64,000 nt of DNA. Source: an uncultured delta proteobacterium. Lineage in GTDB: Bacteria; Desulfobacterota; Desulfomonilia; UBA1062. The translations under genes and the position numbers were made by a program. The first letter of the stretch is position 1; each line of letters opens with the position of its first letter. The DNA lies in assembly GCA_963798485.1 (NCBI GenBank), contig CAWCTR010000007.1, positions 544,001 through 608,000 on the forward strand, written 5' to 3'. Positions 49,414 to 58,694 of this stretch are shown here, in pieces. Below the pieces are notes generated by a model. That model searched no databases. It was not told the DNA's origin and saw only the letters and a list, made by a program, of their open reading frames with translations.

Positions 49414-49459
49414 ATGAATGAGCATTCATTTATATACCCCTGATAGAATTTTCTGTCAA
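49414..49459 (-). promoter_or_regulatory. Sigma70 promoter plus palindromic operator of the acyl-CoA dehydrogenase gene
   Basis: Minus strand TTGACA (49459-49454), N17, TATATA (49436-49431); palindrome atgaatg-ag-cattcat at 49414-49429 immediately downstream. Confidence 0.7.
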
Positions 49460-49574
49460 TGAGCGCCCGGGATGATCCAACCTGTTTTTTCAGGAGAACA
49501 ATAGCCTTTACTGAGGGTGTCATTCACTGATATATAGATTCTCCTATCAAACACGGTAAGGAGGATTTTCTGGT

Positions 49575-50657
49575 ATGAGAAATGTATTCATATTTAACCC
49601 AGGACCTTCGGTCCTGCCTGAACCCGTACTCGAGAGTACGAGCAAGGCAGTCTTGAATTTTGCCGGAACCGGCATGTCAATAATGGAAGTCTCTCACCGA
49701 TCGAAGCAGTTTGATGCACTGCTCATCGAGACAGTGGGTCTTCTTAAGAAGGTTATGCAGATCCCGGACAACTACAAGATCCTTTTCCTTCAGGGCGGCG
49801 CGAGCATGCAGTTTGCCATGATCCCCATCAATCTGCTCACCCCGGGCAAGGTTGCCGATTACATAGATACAGGTTATTTCGCCACCCGGGCCATCAAGGA
49901 GGCCAAGCTGATCGGGAAGGTGAACATCGCGGCATCCACCAAGGACCTCAACTACACGAGGCTGCCTGCACCGGACGAGATCAAGCTCACCAAGGATGCC
50001 GCCTACTGCCACGTTACGTCCAATAACACCATCTATGGCAGCCAGTATCAGACATTCCCGGAAACCGGAGATGTGCCCCTTGCGGCAGACATGTCTTCAG
50101 ACATCCTTTCCAGGAAGGTCGATGTGTCGAAGTTCGGGCTTATCTATGCAGGCGCACAGAAGAACATGGGGCCTGCCGGGGTCACATGCGTCATTATCCG
50201 GGATGACCTTGTCGGTAAGGCACCCGAGAATACCCCTTCCATGCTGAACTACAAGCCGCATGTGGAGAACAATTCCTGTTATAATACCTGTCCCGTTACC
50301 GCCATCTTCGTGGTGCACGAGGTGCTGAAGTGGCTTGACGGCATGGGCGGAGTAGCAGAGATTGAAAAGATCAACAACAAGAAGGCAGCGCTTATCTATG
50401 ATATCCTTGATAAGAGCACCTTCTACAAGGGCAGCGTCGAGAAGGGGTCGCGCTCAAAGATGAACATCCCCTTCAAGCTTCCCACCGAAGAGCTTGATAA
50501 TGAATTCCTCGCCCAGGCTTCGAAAAAGGCCTTTATCGGTCTGAAGGGCCACCGGGCCGTGGGAGGCATCAGGGTGTCCATGTACAATGCCATGCCGCTC
50601 GACGGCGTGCAGAAACTCGCGGACTTCATGAAGGAGTTCGAAAAGGGCAAGGCGTAA
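49575..50657 (+). CDS. serC: Phosphoserine aminotransferase
   Basis: FNPGPS, EVSHRS, DMSSD, AGAQKNMGPAG and GHRAVGG motifs. Confidence 0.97.
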   Translation: MRNVFIFNPGPSVLPEPVLESTSKAVLNFAGTGMSIMEVSHRSKQFDALLIETVGLLKKVMQIPDNYKILFLQGGASMQFAMIPINLLTPGKVADYIDTGYFATRAIKEAKLIGKVNIAASTKDLNYTRLPAPDEIKLTKDAAYCHVTSNNTIYGSQYQTFPETGDVPLAADMSSDILSRKVDVSKFGLIYAGAQKNMGPAGVTCVIIRDDLVGKAPENTPSMLNYKPHVENNSCYNTCPVTAIFVVHEVLKWLDGMGGVAEIEKINNKKAALIYDILDKSTFYKGSVEKGSRSKMNIPFKLPTEELDNEFLAQASKKAFIGLKGHRAVGGIRVSMYNAMPLDGVQKLADFMKEFEKGKA

Positions 50658-50667
50658 GTCTTATCCG

Positions 50668-50701
50668 AGGGCAGGTCACGGTTGTGTCCTGCCCTTTCCT
50701 T
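50668..50701 (+). terminator. Probable intrinsic terminator after serC
   Basis: agggcagg-tcacggttgtgt-cctgccct followed by ttcctt. Confidence 0.55.
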
Positions 50702-50751
50702 ATTTAATATACATACGCATAGGTATTTGATTTGATGGAAGGGGGGATTCT

Positions 50752-51630
50752 ATGGCGTGGCGTTTTTTGCATACACAAAAGCTGCTCGGCATCCTTGTTT
50801 TGATTATGTTACTTTGCGGTTGTAACCCGAAGGCAATCATGCTGAAAACCATGGACCCTATCATGGATGACATGAATATCGCGGTTAACCGGAACACCGA
50901 TGTGGACATGCTCCATGACGCCATGCCGGCCTTTCTTGTCCAGATGGACGGGTTCCTTATTTCAGCCCCCAATGACAAGCGGCTCCTGCAGACGGCTGAA
51001 GCCTACTTCGGGTATGCGAACTGCTATGTGGAAGATACGGACAAACAGCGTGCAAGCATGCTCTACCTCAAGGCCAGAGGTTATGCGATCAGGGCTCTTC
51101 TTGGGAATGCGGACCATAAAAAATTTTTCGACAAAGACCTCGTTGAATTTAAGGAATTGCTGCAGGGCTATGGCGCCGGCGATGTGCCGGCGCTCTTCTG
51201 GACCGCCAACTCCTGGATCGCCTGGGTAGCGCTGAACCTCGATAAGCCTGCGGCCATCATGGATGTACCCAAGGCCCAGGCCATGCTGGAGCGAGTCGTC
51301 GAGCTCGATGAGACTTTCTACTATGGCAGCGCCCATACAGCCCTGGGTGCCCTCTATGCATCCCAGCCCAGGATTATGGGCGACACCTCGGCCAAGGCAA
51401 AGCAGCACTTTGACAAGGCCTTCGAGATATCGGGCAGGAAGCTTCTTTTTGTCCACCTGTATTATGCGAAGTTTTATGCATACCAGATCCAGGACCGGGA
51501 CCTGTTCATCAAGACCCTCGAAGAGGTCCTTGATGCGCCGAGCGATATCTTCCCGGACAGGGCCTTTGCCAATGAGGTGGCAAAGCGCAAGGCCAAGATC
51601 CTTTTAGACAATGTTGATATGTATTTCTAG
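50752..51630 (+). CDS. TRAP-associated T-component (TatT) lipoprotein
   Basis: Lipobox LLCGC; ALFWTA, ELDETFYYG, AKQHFDKA and ANEVAKRKA motifs; upstream of dctPQM. Confidence 0.85.
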   Translation: MAWRFLHTQKLLGILVLIMLLCGCNPKAIMLKTMDPIMDDMNIAVNRNTDVDMLHDAMPAFLVQMDGFLISAPNDKRLLQTAEAYFGYANCYVEDTDKQRASMLYLKARGYAIRALLGNADHKKFFDKDLVEFKELLQGYGAGDVPALFWTANSWIAWVALNLDKPAAIMDVPKAQAMLERVVELDETFYYGSAHTALGALYASQPRIMGDTSAKAKQHFDKAFEISGRKLLFVHLYYAKFYAYQIQDRDLFIKTLEEVLDAPSDIFPDRAFANEVAKRKAKILLDNVDMYF

Positions 51631-51655
51631 CACAACTCACCATAAAGGGGGCTCC

Positions 51656-52708
51656 ATGATGAGATTTACCGCGCTTATGAGTACCATTGTGATTCTCTTT
51701 GTCTTGCCGCTAGGCTGCCTTGCGTCGGGTCCTGAACCGAAGGTGCTCATCAAGATGGCATCCATAGCACCTAAGGGGTCGAGTATGGCGAATGCCTTTG
51801 ACGACATGGCGAAGCAGGTCAAGGACAGGACGAATAATGAAGTGGCATTCAAGATATACTGGGGCGGTGTCCAGGGCGATGAGAAGGACGTCATCAGGAA
51901 GATCAAGCTCGGCCAGCTCCAGGGCGGGGGCTTCATGGGGCCGGGGCTCGGCCTCATCGTACCGGAAGTGAGGGTTACGGAAGTCCCCTATATGTTCCGG
52001 AACTATGAAGAGGTTGCCTATGTCCGTGAACAACTCCAGCCCATCATGAACAAGCACTTCGAGGACAAGGGCTTCAAGGTGATCGGGTGGATGAACCTCG
52101 GGTTTGTATACACCTTCTCCAAAGAGCCCCTGCTTTCACTGGATATTGCAAGGCGGCAGAAGTGGTGGAACCTCGAAGGGGAACCCATCGGGAAGGCCAT
52201 GTTCGAGGCCCTGGGCATCTCGCCCATCTCCCTTTCGTTCTCCGATGTGGCCACGGCGCTTTCTACGAACATGATCAACTGTGCGCCTTCAACCCCGTTC
52301 GGCGCCGTTGCATTCCAGTGGTATACCAAGTTCAAGTATATGTCGAGCCACCCAACCAGCAATATTTTAGGCGCCACCATCATTACCAGGGATGTTTGGG
52401 ACAAGATTTCCCCCTCAGGCCAGAAGATCTTAATGGATGTCTCGGCCAGGTCGCATGAAAGGATCATGAAGGTCACCAGAGATGAAGACACAAAATCTGT
52501 AGAACTCCTGAAAAAAGCGGGGGTCACCATCGTCCCAACCAACTTTAAGAACAAGGACCAGCAATTTGTCTTTGAAGTCGGCAGGAAGGTGCGGGAAAAC
52601 CTTGTGGGCAAGCTCTATCCAAAGGACCTCCTTGACAAGACCATGGCCCTCACCGAGGAATACCGGCGAAAGCACCCAAATGACACCACGGTAATCCGCC
52701 TTGAATAG
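51656..52708 (+). CDS. TRAP substrate-binding protein DctP (TatP type)
   Basis: IKMASIAPKGS and YWGGVQGDE...KIKLGQLQGG motifs. Confidence 0.9.
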   Translation: MMRFTALMSTIVILFVLPLGCLASGPEPKVLIKMASIAPKGSSMANAFDDMAKQVKDRTNNEVAFKIYWGGVQGDEKDVIRKIKLGQLQGGGFMGPGLGLIVPEVRVTEVPYMFRNYEEVAYVREQLQPIMNKHFEDKGFKVIGWMNLGFVYTFSKEPLLSLDIARRQKWWNLEGEPIGKAMFEALGISPISLSFSDVATALSTNMINCAPSTPFGAVAFQWYTKFKYMSSHPTSNILGATIITRDVWDKISPSGQKILMDVSARSHERIMKVTRDEDTKSVELLKKAGVTIVPTNFKNKDQQFVFEVGRKVRENLVGKLYPKDLLDKTMALTEEYRRKHPNDTTVIRLE

Positions 52709-52727
52709 GTTCTGAGGTAAAAGACGT

Positions 52728-53291
52728 ATGCGTTGTCCTTTGTGCGGATCCACCCAACTAGACAGTAGGATCGCTGTATGCACTGAATGCGGGGGCGTTC
52801 TAGGACGGCGGGCCCGTTTCTTCAGGGTCATTGCCTGGATTGAGGATACGCTCATCGCTGTCATGCTCTGCAGCATGATACTGCTTGTGCTTGTCCAGAT
52901 AGGGCTTCGGAACTTCTATGCCACAGGCATCACCGGGGGCGGTGAGATGGTGCGCCATTTGGTGCTGTGGGTGGCCTTCCTCGGGGCCGGGATTGCGGCC
53001 CGTGAAGGCAAGAATATCAGGATCGATATAGCCCAACGGATCTTCCCTGCGGGGGGCAGGGATTTCACAGAGGTCATTACCAGCCTGTTCACCACTGCGG
53101 TCTGCGCCATATTGTTCTATGCATCCATCCAGTTCGTGCGGGCCGATTACAGCCTGGGAACGAGGATCGCCTTCTTCGATCTGCCGGTGTGGATCTTCGA
53201 GGTCATCATCCCTGTCGGTTACTGCGCGGTCACGCTGAGGTATGCGGCCGCATGCAAGCTCTCACTCTTCAGGCTGGTCAGGGGGAGCTAA
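52728..53291 (+). CDS. TRAP small permease DctQ with N-terminal zinc-ribbon motif
   Basis: Four TM segments; QIGLRN, LVLWVAFLGA and NIRID motifs; N-terminal CPLCG...CTECG. Confidence 0.85.
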   Translation: MRCPLCGSTQLDSRIAVCTECGGVLGRRARFFRVIAWIEDTLIAVMLCSMILLVLVQIGLRNFYATGITGGGEMVRHLVLWVAFLGAGIAAREGKNIRIDIAQRIFPAGGRDFTEVITSLFTTAVCAILFYASIQFVRADYSLGTRIAFFDLPVWIFEVIIPVGYCAVTLRYAAACKLSLFRLVRGS

Positions 53292-53295
53292 GGCG

Positions 53296-54573
53296 ATGGT
53301 TGCTGCGCTTGTAATCCTCTTTCTCATCATGGCATTCCTGGGCGCCCCCATGTTCGCAGTCCTGGCCGCCTTTGCGCTCCTGGGGTTTTACATTTCAGAC
53401 ATCCAGTTCGCCGCCTTGATCGTAGATATCTATAGCCAGTTCTCCAATCAGCCTGTGCTCTATACTATCCCTATCTTTACCTTTGGCGGGTTTATTCTGG
53501 CTGAGAGCAAGGCATCCATACGGGTCGTGAACTTTTCACAGTCCATCCTCGGGTGGCTCCCCGGCGGGCTCGCCATTGTCTCGCTCGTGGCCTGCGCCTT
53601 CTTCACCACCTTCACCGGCGCATCAGGGGTCACTATCATTGCGCTGGGCGGCCTGCTCTACCCGGCACTCATGAAGGAGAAATATTCCGACAACTTCAGC
53701 CTGGGCCTCCTGACAACCTCAGGCAGCCTCGGCCTGCTCTTCTTCCCGAGCCTGCCCATTATCATCTATGGGGTAGTGGCCGAAGCGAGCATTCCCCAGC
53801 TCTTTGCCGCAGGCCTCATTCCCGGCATCTTCCTCATCATCGTGCTATCCCTCTACAGTATCTTTGTGGCCAAGCGCTCCGGGGCAGCCAGGACAAAAAC
53901 CTCGCTCAAAAAAATTATGCATGCAACGAACGAGGCCAAGTGGGAGCTGTTCATCCCGGTCATTCTTATGGTAGGTATCTTTGGCGGTATTGTGACGCTC
54001 GGCGAGGTGGCCTCCATCATGGTGGCATATGCCTTCATCGTGGAGGTTTTCATCCACAAGGACATCCGCATCAGAGCGTTCCCGGCCATCATCAGGGAGA
54101 GCATGATCCTGGTGGGCGCCATCTTCATTATCTTCGGCTCTGCGCTGGCGCTCACCACCTATATGATCGACGCCGAGATCCCCAGGCACATCCTGGAGTT
54201 CATACAGGCGCATATTGCCTCCAAGGTGGTCTTTCTCATAGCCTTGAATATCTTCCTGTTGTTTGCAGGCAGTCTCATGGAGATCTACGGGGCGCTTCTG
54301 GTGGTGGTTCCGCTCATTGTGCCGATTGCCAAGGAGTATGGCATCAACCCCGTACACCTGGGCATCATTTTTCTGACAAACCTGGAAATCGGCTACTCCA
54401 TGCCGCCTGTGGGCCTGAACCTGATCATCTCCTGCATCAGGTTCGAAAAGCCGGTGACAAAGCTCTACCAGGCGTGTTTTCCCTTTATCATCATGATGAT
54501 TATTGCCCTGATGGTGATAACCTACTGCCCATGGATGAGCCTGGCGCTCATCGAGCGCTTCGGCATCCGCTAA
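53296..54573 (+). CDS. TRAP large permease DctM
   Basis: IPIFTF, PGGLA, TGASG and PPVGLNL motifs. Confidence 0.93.
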   Translation: MVAALVILFLIMAFLGAPMFAVLAAFALLGFYISDIQFAALIVDIYSQFSNQPVLYTIPIFTFGGFILAESKASIRVVNFSQSILGWLPGGLAIVSLVACAFFTTFTGASGVTIIALGGLLYPALMKEKYSDNFSLGLLTTSGSLGLLFFPSLPIIIYGVVAEASIPQLFAAGLIPGIFLIIVLSLYSIFVAKRSGAARTKTSLKKIMHATNEAKWELFIPVILMVGIFGGIVTLGEVASIMVAYAFIVEVFIHKDIRIRAFPAIIRESMILVGAIFIIFGSALALTTYMIDAEIPRHILEFIQAHIASKVVFLIALNIFLLFAGSLMEIYGALLVVVPLIVPIAKEYGINPVHLGIIFLTNLEIGYSMPPVGLNLIISCIRFEKPVTKLYQACFPFIIMMIIALMVITYCPWMSLALIERFGIR

Positions 54574-54585
54574 AGTTGACTAACC

Positions 54586-55023
54586 CTAGTTGATATCCAG
54601 GACCTCGATATCAAAGGTCAGATCCTTGCCTGCAAGGGGGTGGTTGGCATCCAGGGTGACTGTTTCTTCTTTCACCTCGACAACAATTACAGGGATCTCG
54701 TCTCCGTTTTCATCAACCAGCTTGAGCGTCATTCCCGCCTCCGGGACAATGTCTTCGGGAAAAGAATCAAAAGGCATGTCCACAACGAGCTCGTCCTTGT
54801 ATGGGCCGTAGCCCTGCTCAGGTGCTATGGTGAAGGTCTTGAGCTCGCCCACGGCCATTCCTGTGGCAGCCTCTTCGAACCCCTGGATTACCTCGCCTGA
54901 ACCGATCATAAACACAAGAGGCTCCCCCCCGACGGAGGTATCAAACTCAAACCCGTCTTCAAGTCTCCCCCGGTAATGGACCTTGACCGTGTCGCCCTGC
55001 TGGGCGGTTTTATTGATTAACAT
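54586..55023 (-). CDS. FKBP-type peptidyl-prolyl isomerase (SlyD/SlpA-like, no His-rich tail)
   Basis: VKVHYRGRLEDG.EFD and DANHPLAGKDLTFDIE motifs. Confidence 0.92.
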   Translation of the reverse strand: MLINKTAQQGDTVKVHYRGRLEDGFEFDTSVGGEPLVFMIGSGEVIQGFEEAATGMAVGELKTFTIAPEQGYGPYKDELVVDMPFDSFPEDIVPEAGMTLKLVDENGDEIPVIVVEVKEETVTLDANHPLAGKDLTFDIEVLDIN

Positions 55024-55316
55024 TGCGAAGACCCCTTTCGTTTTCAATACAGATCAGGCCAAGCTATCAGATTCCATCTTGTGGAGCAAAATAAATTGTA
55101 ACTATTCAGCCCTATTCCGCGCCACAGGGAAAAATAGCACGGAACAGGTTAAGCATCAGTCATGAAAAAAGAAGAATAGAGGCGGGCAGCGGAACTTCAT
55201 ATTGAAATTACCGACCCCTGTATTATACAAACCTACGATAGGGGATGCGGGTGTAGGACTCGAATAAAGTACAACTGCAAGACAAAGCATGGCATACAGA
55301 GAGGAAGGTAACTACT

Positions 55317-56204
55317 ATGATTGAAAGACAGGATATTCAATTCCCATCGAAAGGGCTGAATTGCGCCGGCTGGTTTTACCGGGCCGGGGTCAAAGACATC
55401 GCCCCCTGTATTGTCCTGGCTCACGGCTTTGGAGGTGTCAAGGAAATGCGCCTTGACGCCTATGCCGAGAAATTCGCCGAGGCCGGATACCACGCCCTGG
55501 TATTCGATTACCGGCATTTTGGCGGAAGCGAGGGCGAGCCCAGACAGATCCTGGACATAAAGAAGCAGCAACAGGATTGGCATGCGGCCATCAGGTTCGC
55601 CAGGGGGCTCTCCGGGGTGGACCCCCAAAGGATAATCCTCTGGGGCACATCATTCAGCGGCGGGCATGTCGTCGCCGTAGCAGTTCAGGAAAAGGACATT
55701 GCCGCGGTCATATCCCAGGTACCGCATATGGACGGAATTGCGACGGCAGCGGCGGCCGGCCTGGTTCAGAACATCCGGCTTGGGATTGCCGCCTGGCGTG
55801 ATATGGCGAACAAGCTCCTGCGCCGCCGCCCTTTTTATGTACCTGCCGTCGGAGAGCCCGGCGAATTGGCAGCCATGACGGCACCCGGGGTGGTTGAAGG
55901 GGTGAAAAGGCTCTATCCGGAAGGGTTTATACCCAATGAGAATATTGCTGCGCGGATTTTTCTCTTCGTGGGGCTTTTTTCACCGGGACGGCTGGCCCCG
56001 AAGCTTGGTATCCCCTGGCTGGTGCAGGTCGCTGCCAATGACCTGACCACCCCCGTGAAACCGGCCATCAAGGCTGCCATGAAGGCGCCGAAAAGCCAGC
56101 TCATCGTCTACAAGTGCGGCCACTTCGATGTATATGTCGAGCCGCGTTTTGAACAGACGGTTCGCGATCAGATAACATTCCTCAACAGCTTGAAGTTATG
56201 CTGA
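55317..56204 (+). CDS. Alpha/beta hydrolase
   Basis: HGFGG, FDYRHFGGSEGEPR, GTSFSGG nucleophile and GHFD motifs. Confidence 0.9.
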   Translation: MIERQDIQFPSKGLNCAGWFYRAGVKDIAPCIVLAHGFGGVKEMRLDAYAEKFAEAGYHALVFDYRHFGGSEGEPRQILDIKKQQQDWHAAIRFARGLSGVDPQRIILWGTSFSGGHVVAVAVQEKDIAAVISQVPHMDGIATAAAAGLVQNIRLGIAAWRDMANKLLRRRPFYVPAVGEPGELAAMTAPGVVEGVKRLYPEGFIPNENIAARIFLFVGLFSPGRLAPKLGIPWLVQVAANDLTTPVKPAIKAAMKAPKSQLIVYKCGHFDVYVEPRFEQTVRDQITFLNSLKLC

Positions 56205-56300
56205 ACGGTTCTTGGTCACAGTATGAAGTCCGTTGAAAGAAATCGAGATCTCCGTTCCGTGACAATGGACTTAATGATCCGTCTGTCATTGTCTCCATCC

Positions 56301-57365
56301 CTAGACCGCTGCACGGTTGTATTGAACAGGCCAGCTGATCTGCTCCTTCAGCTCGGCCGCAGCGTGCAACGGCCAGTAGGGATCTCGCAGGAATTGCCTG
56401 GCTATCACCACTACGTCGGCCTGGCCGGTTCTGATGATGGTCTCTGCCTGCTGGGGCGAGACGATTAAACCCAATGCGCCGGTCATGATCCCGGCTTCCT
56501 TACGGATACGCTCGGCAAACCCCACCTGGAAGCCCGGGCCTGCGGGTATCCGGGCATATGGCACGATATTACCCGATGAACAGTCGATAAGATCGACACC
56601 CTCGGGTTTAAGGATACGTGAGAGCTCTACTGACTGATCGAGATCCCAGCCTTCAGGTTCGAGCCAGTCAGTGGCGGAGATCCGCACAAATACCGGGAGC
56701 CCTTCCGGCCATACCCTGCGCACTGCCCTCACGACCTCCAATAACATGCGGACTCGATTTTTAAATGTTCCGCCGTAATCATCCGTACGCTTGTTGGAAA
56801 TTGGTGAAAGGAATTCATTGATAAGATATCCATGGGCTGCGTGCACCTCGACCACCTTGAATCCGGCCTGGAACGCCCGCTGAGCGGCCATGGCAAAAGA
56901 GTGTACCGCCTCGGCGATTTCTTGGGCCGTTAATTCCTCGGGAACTGCATGGTTCGGTGAAAAGGCTATGGCGCTGGGCGCGACCACCGGCTTCCATCCG
57001 CCATGGGCTTCATCGACAAAGGAGTCCCCTTCCCAGGGTCTGTAAGTCGATCCCTTACGCCCGGCATGGGCCAGCTGCATTCCGGCAATCCCGCCTTGGG
57101 CCTCGATGAATGCGGTTATGCGCTGAAGCTGCGGGATATGCTCGTCTTTCCAGATACCCAGGTCCTGAGGGCTGATACGGCCCCTCGCCTCCACGGCCGT
57201 GGCTTCGGTGATGACGAGTCCGGCCCCGCCGACTGCCCTGCTGCCCAGGTGCACCAGATGCCAGTCACCGGCAAAACCGTCTTTGCTGGAATATTGGCAC
57301 ATAGGCGAAACGACGATCCGGTTCCGCAGGGTTATGCCGCGGATCTTCAATGAATCGAATAGCAT
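56301..57365 (-). CDS. NADH:flavin oxidoreductase (YqjM/NamA-type old yellow enzyme)
   Basis: SPMCQYS, QLAHAGRK, HAAHGYL and FLSPISNKRTDDYGG motifs. Confidence 0.93.
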   Translation of the reverse strand: MLFDSLKIRGITLRNRIVVSPMCQYSSKDGFAGDWHLVHLGSRAVGGAGLVITEATAVEARGRISPQDLGIWKDEHIPQLQRITAFIEAQGGIAGMQLAHAGRKGSTYRPWEGDSFVDEAHGGWKPVVAPSAIAFSPNHAVPEELTAQEIAEAVHSFAMAAQRAFQAGFKVVEVHAAHGYLINEFLSPISNKRTDDYGGTFKNRVRMLLEVVRAVRRVWPEGLPVFVRISATDWLEPEGWDLDQSVELSRILKPEGVDLIDCSSGNIVPYARIPAGPGFQVGFAERIRKEAGIMTGALGLIVSPQQAETIIRTGQADVVVIARQFLRDPYWPLHAAAELKEQISWPVQYNRAAV

Positions 57366-57625
57366 GGAATACCTCCGTGAAGATTTATCACCCGGCTGCT
57401 GTTAAAATAAACGTGATATTCAGAGAGTTTAATAATTGTATTCATAGAGTTGTCAAGGAGAGAGTCCCCCAATCAATGGCTATGCCTTGTCTGTGCGTTT
57501 TCCGGCAATGCAGTGTATGGACCAAAAATAAAGGGGTCTTGTTATTTGCTTTTCATAATCCGGTAAGCAAAAGGCAAGACCTGACCCTATCAGCTCCCAG
57601 GGTATTTTTCTCGAATATGGCGGGT

Positions 57626-57946
57626 TCAGGTCTTCAAGTCTGTCTTGAGATTCTCATACTGCTCTTTTGTAATCTCGCCTCTTGCATAGCGTTTTTTTAC
57701 GATATCCAGCGGGGTGTCCTGGTCTGCGTGGGCCTCGCGGTGGTACCGGGCATTTCGTGCAATAAGGTAAACCAGGGCGATAAGGAGTATGAAGAGGGGT
57801 ATCATCATGAAGTGGCCCGGGTGCCACATATATCCTCCCGGGCCGCTGCCGCCGAAATAACCATATCCAGGGCATTGTCCGTAAAGGCCGTAAAGGGATG
57901 TTCCGTACTGTACTATCCGGGTGTATGCATTTATTATGCTGTCCAT
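57626..57946 (-). CDS. Small membrane protein with C-terminal SHOCT domain
   Basis: Gly-rich segment, one TM helix, PLDIVKKRYARGEITKEQYE. Confidence 0.85.
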   Translation of the reverse strand: MDSIINAYTRIVQYGTSLYGLYGQCPGYGYFGGSGPGGYMWHPGHFMMIPLFILLIALVYLIARNARYHREAHADQDTPLDIVKKRYARGEITKEQYENLKTDLKT

Positions 57947-58127
57947 AGTGTATCACCTCTTTCTTAGGAGTTGTGCCTTTCATATGGTCTGCATTGCATA
58001 AAGTCCAGGGGGTGGTATGCCGATGAATTCAGTACAGAAAGAATGCAGGCTGTCTTCACAAGCGACTTATCATGATGTATGGTGGCCGCGATTGATCTCT
58101 TTATGGTTAAAAAAGGGGATATGCTTC

Positions 58128-58568
58128 ATGAAAGCAGTTACTTCATCGGATTTATTGCAGGCAGAGAAACAGGTTATGGCCGGGGTCTACGGCAGGCTGA
58201 ACAACCGTTACAGAAGGCGTTTCCCGGGCGATACCGTATCGGCCCTCGCACGCGCCGTTACGTGGGTCCTCTTCAATATTGAACCTGAAGATGAGGCTGC
58301 CCTTCAATTCACATCGGTTTATCAAGATATTATCGATACCGAGATGAAAAATCTCAGGGAAGATGAGGAAATCAGGAGGGTTGTGACCGACACAATCGTG
58401 CTCAAGGCCGTGTTCCTCCACCGGCAACTGGGCTGTAAAGACGATTCCTACATGAAGACAATCGAGCACCTGAAGCTCTCCGGCATCTTCCTGGAGGGAG
58501 AGAAACCGCCTACGCCCAAGGGCTATATCGAGATGGCCAAGGAGTTCTATTCAACAACACCGTGGTAA
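58128..58568 (+). CDS. Hypothetical protein
   Basis: Intergenic ORF with aagggg SD; no recognised motif. Confidence 0.6.
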   Translation: MKAVTSSDLLQAEKQVMAGVYGRLNNRYRRRFPGDTVSALARAVTWVLFNIEPEDEAALQFTSVYQDIIDTEMKNLREDEEIRRVVTDTIVLKAVFLHRQLGCKDDSYMKTIEHLKLSGIFLEGEKPPTPKGYIEMAKEFYSTTPW

Positions 58569-58694
58569 TGAAGGTGCGGCAAAAGGATCGAACGTTCTTT
58601 AGTTTGTCTTTCATCAAATAGCTTATGAGATTGATTAAAAGGTCCGGTTTCTATATAGTCTGCGGTTACACCGACAAATAGGGGGAGTTACTCC

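Noticed and set aside
53553-54593. 346-aa alternative-frame ORF overlapping dctM, and many other long antisense or off-frame ORFs in the track
   Set aside because: Arg/His/Pro-rich shadow frames expected from GC3-rich coding sequence; no motifs or RBS.
55225-55316. Riboswitch upstream of the alpha/beta hydrolase
   Set aside because: Only a short cctac/gtagg stem; no recognisable aptamer consensus.
58017-58127. Trp-containing upstream extension (VWWP...LW) as a second leader peptide
   Set aside because: No terminator/antiterminator and no Trp-related gene downstream; it is just an in-frame extension before the SD-supported start at 58128.
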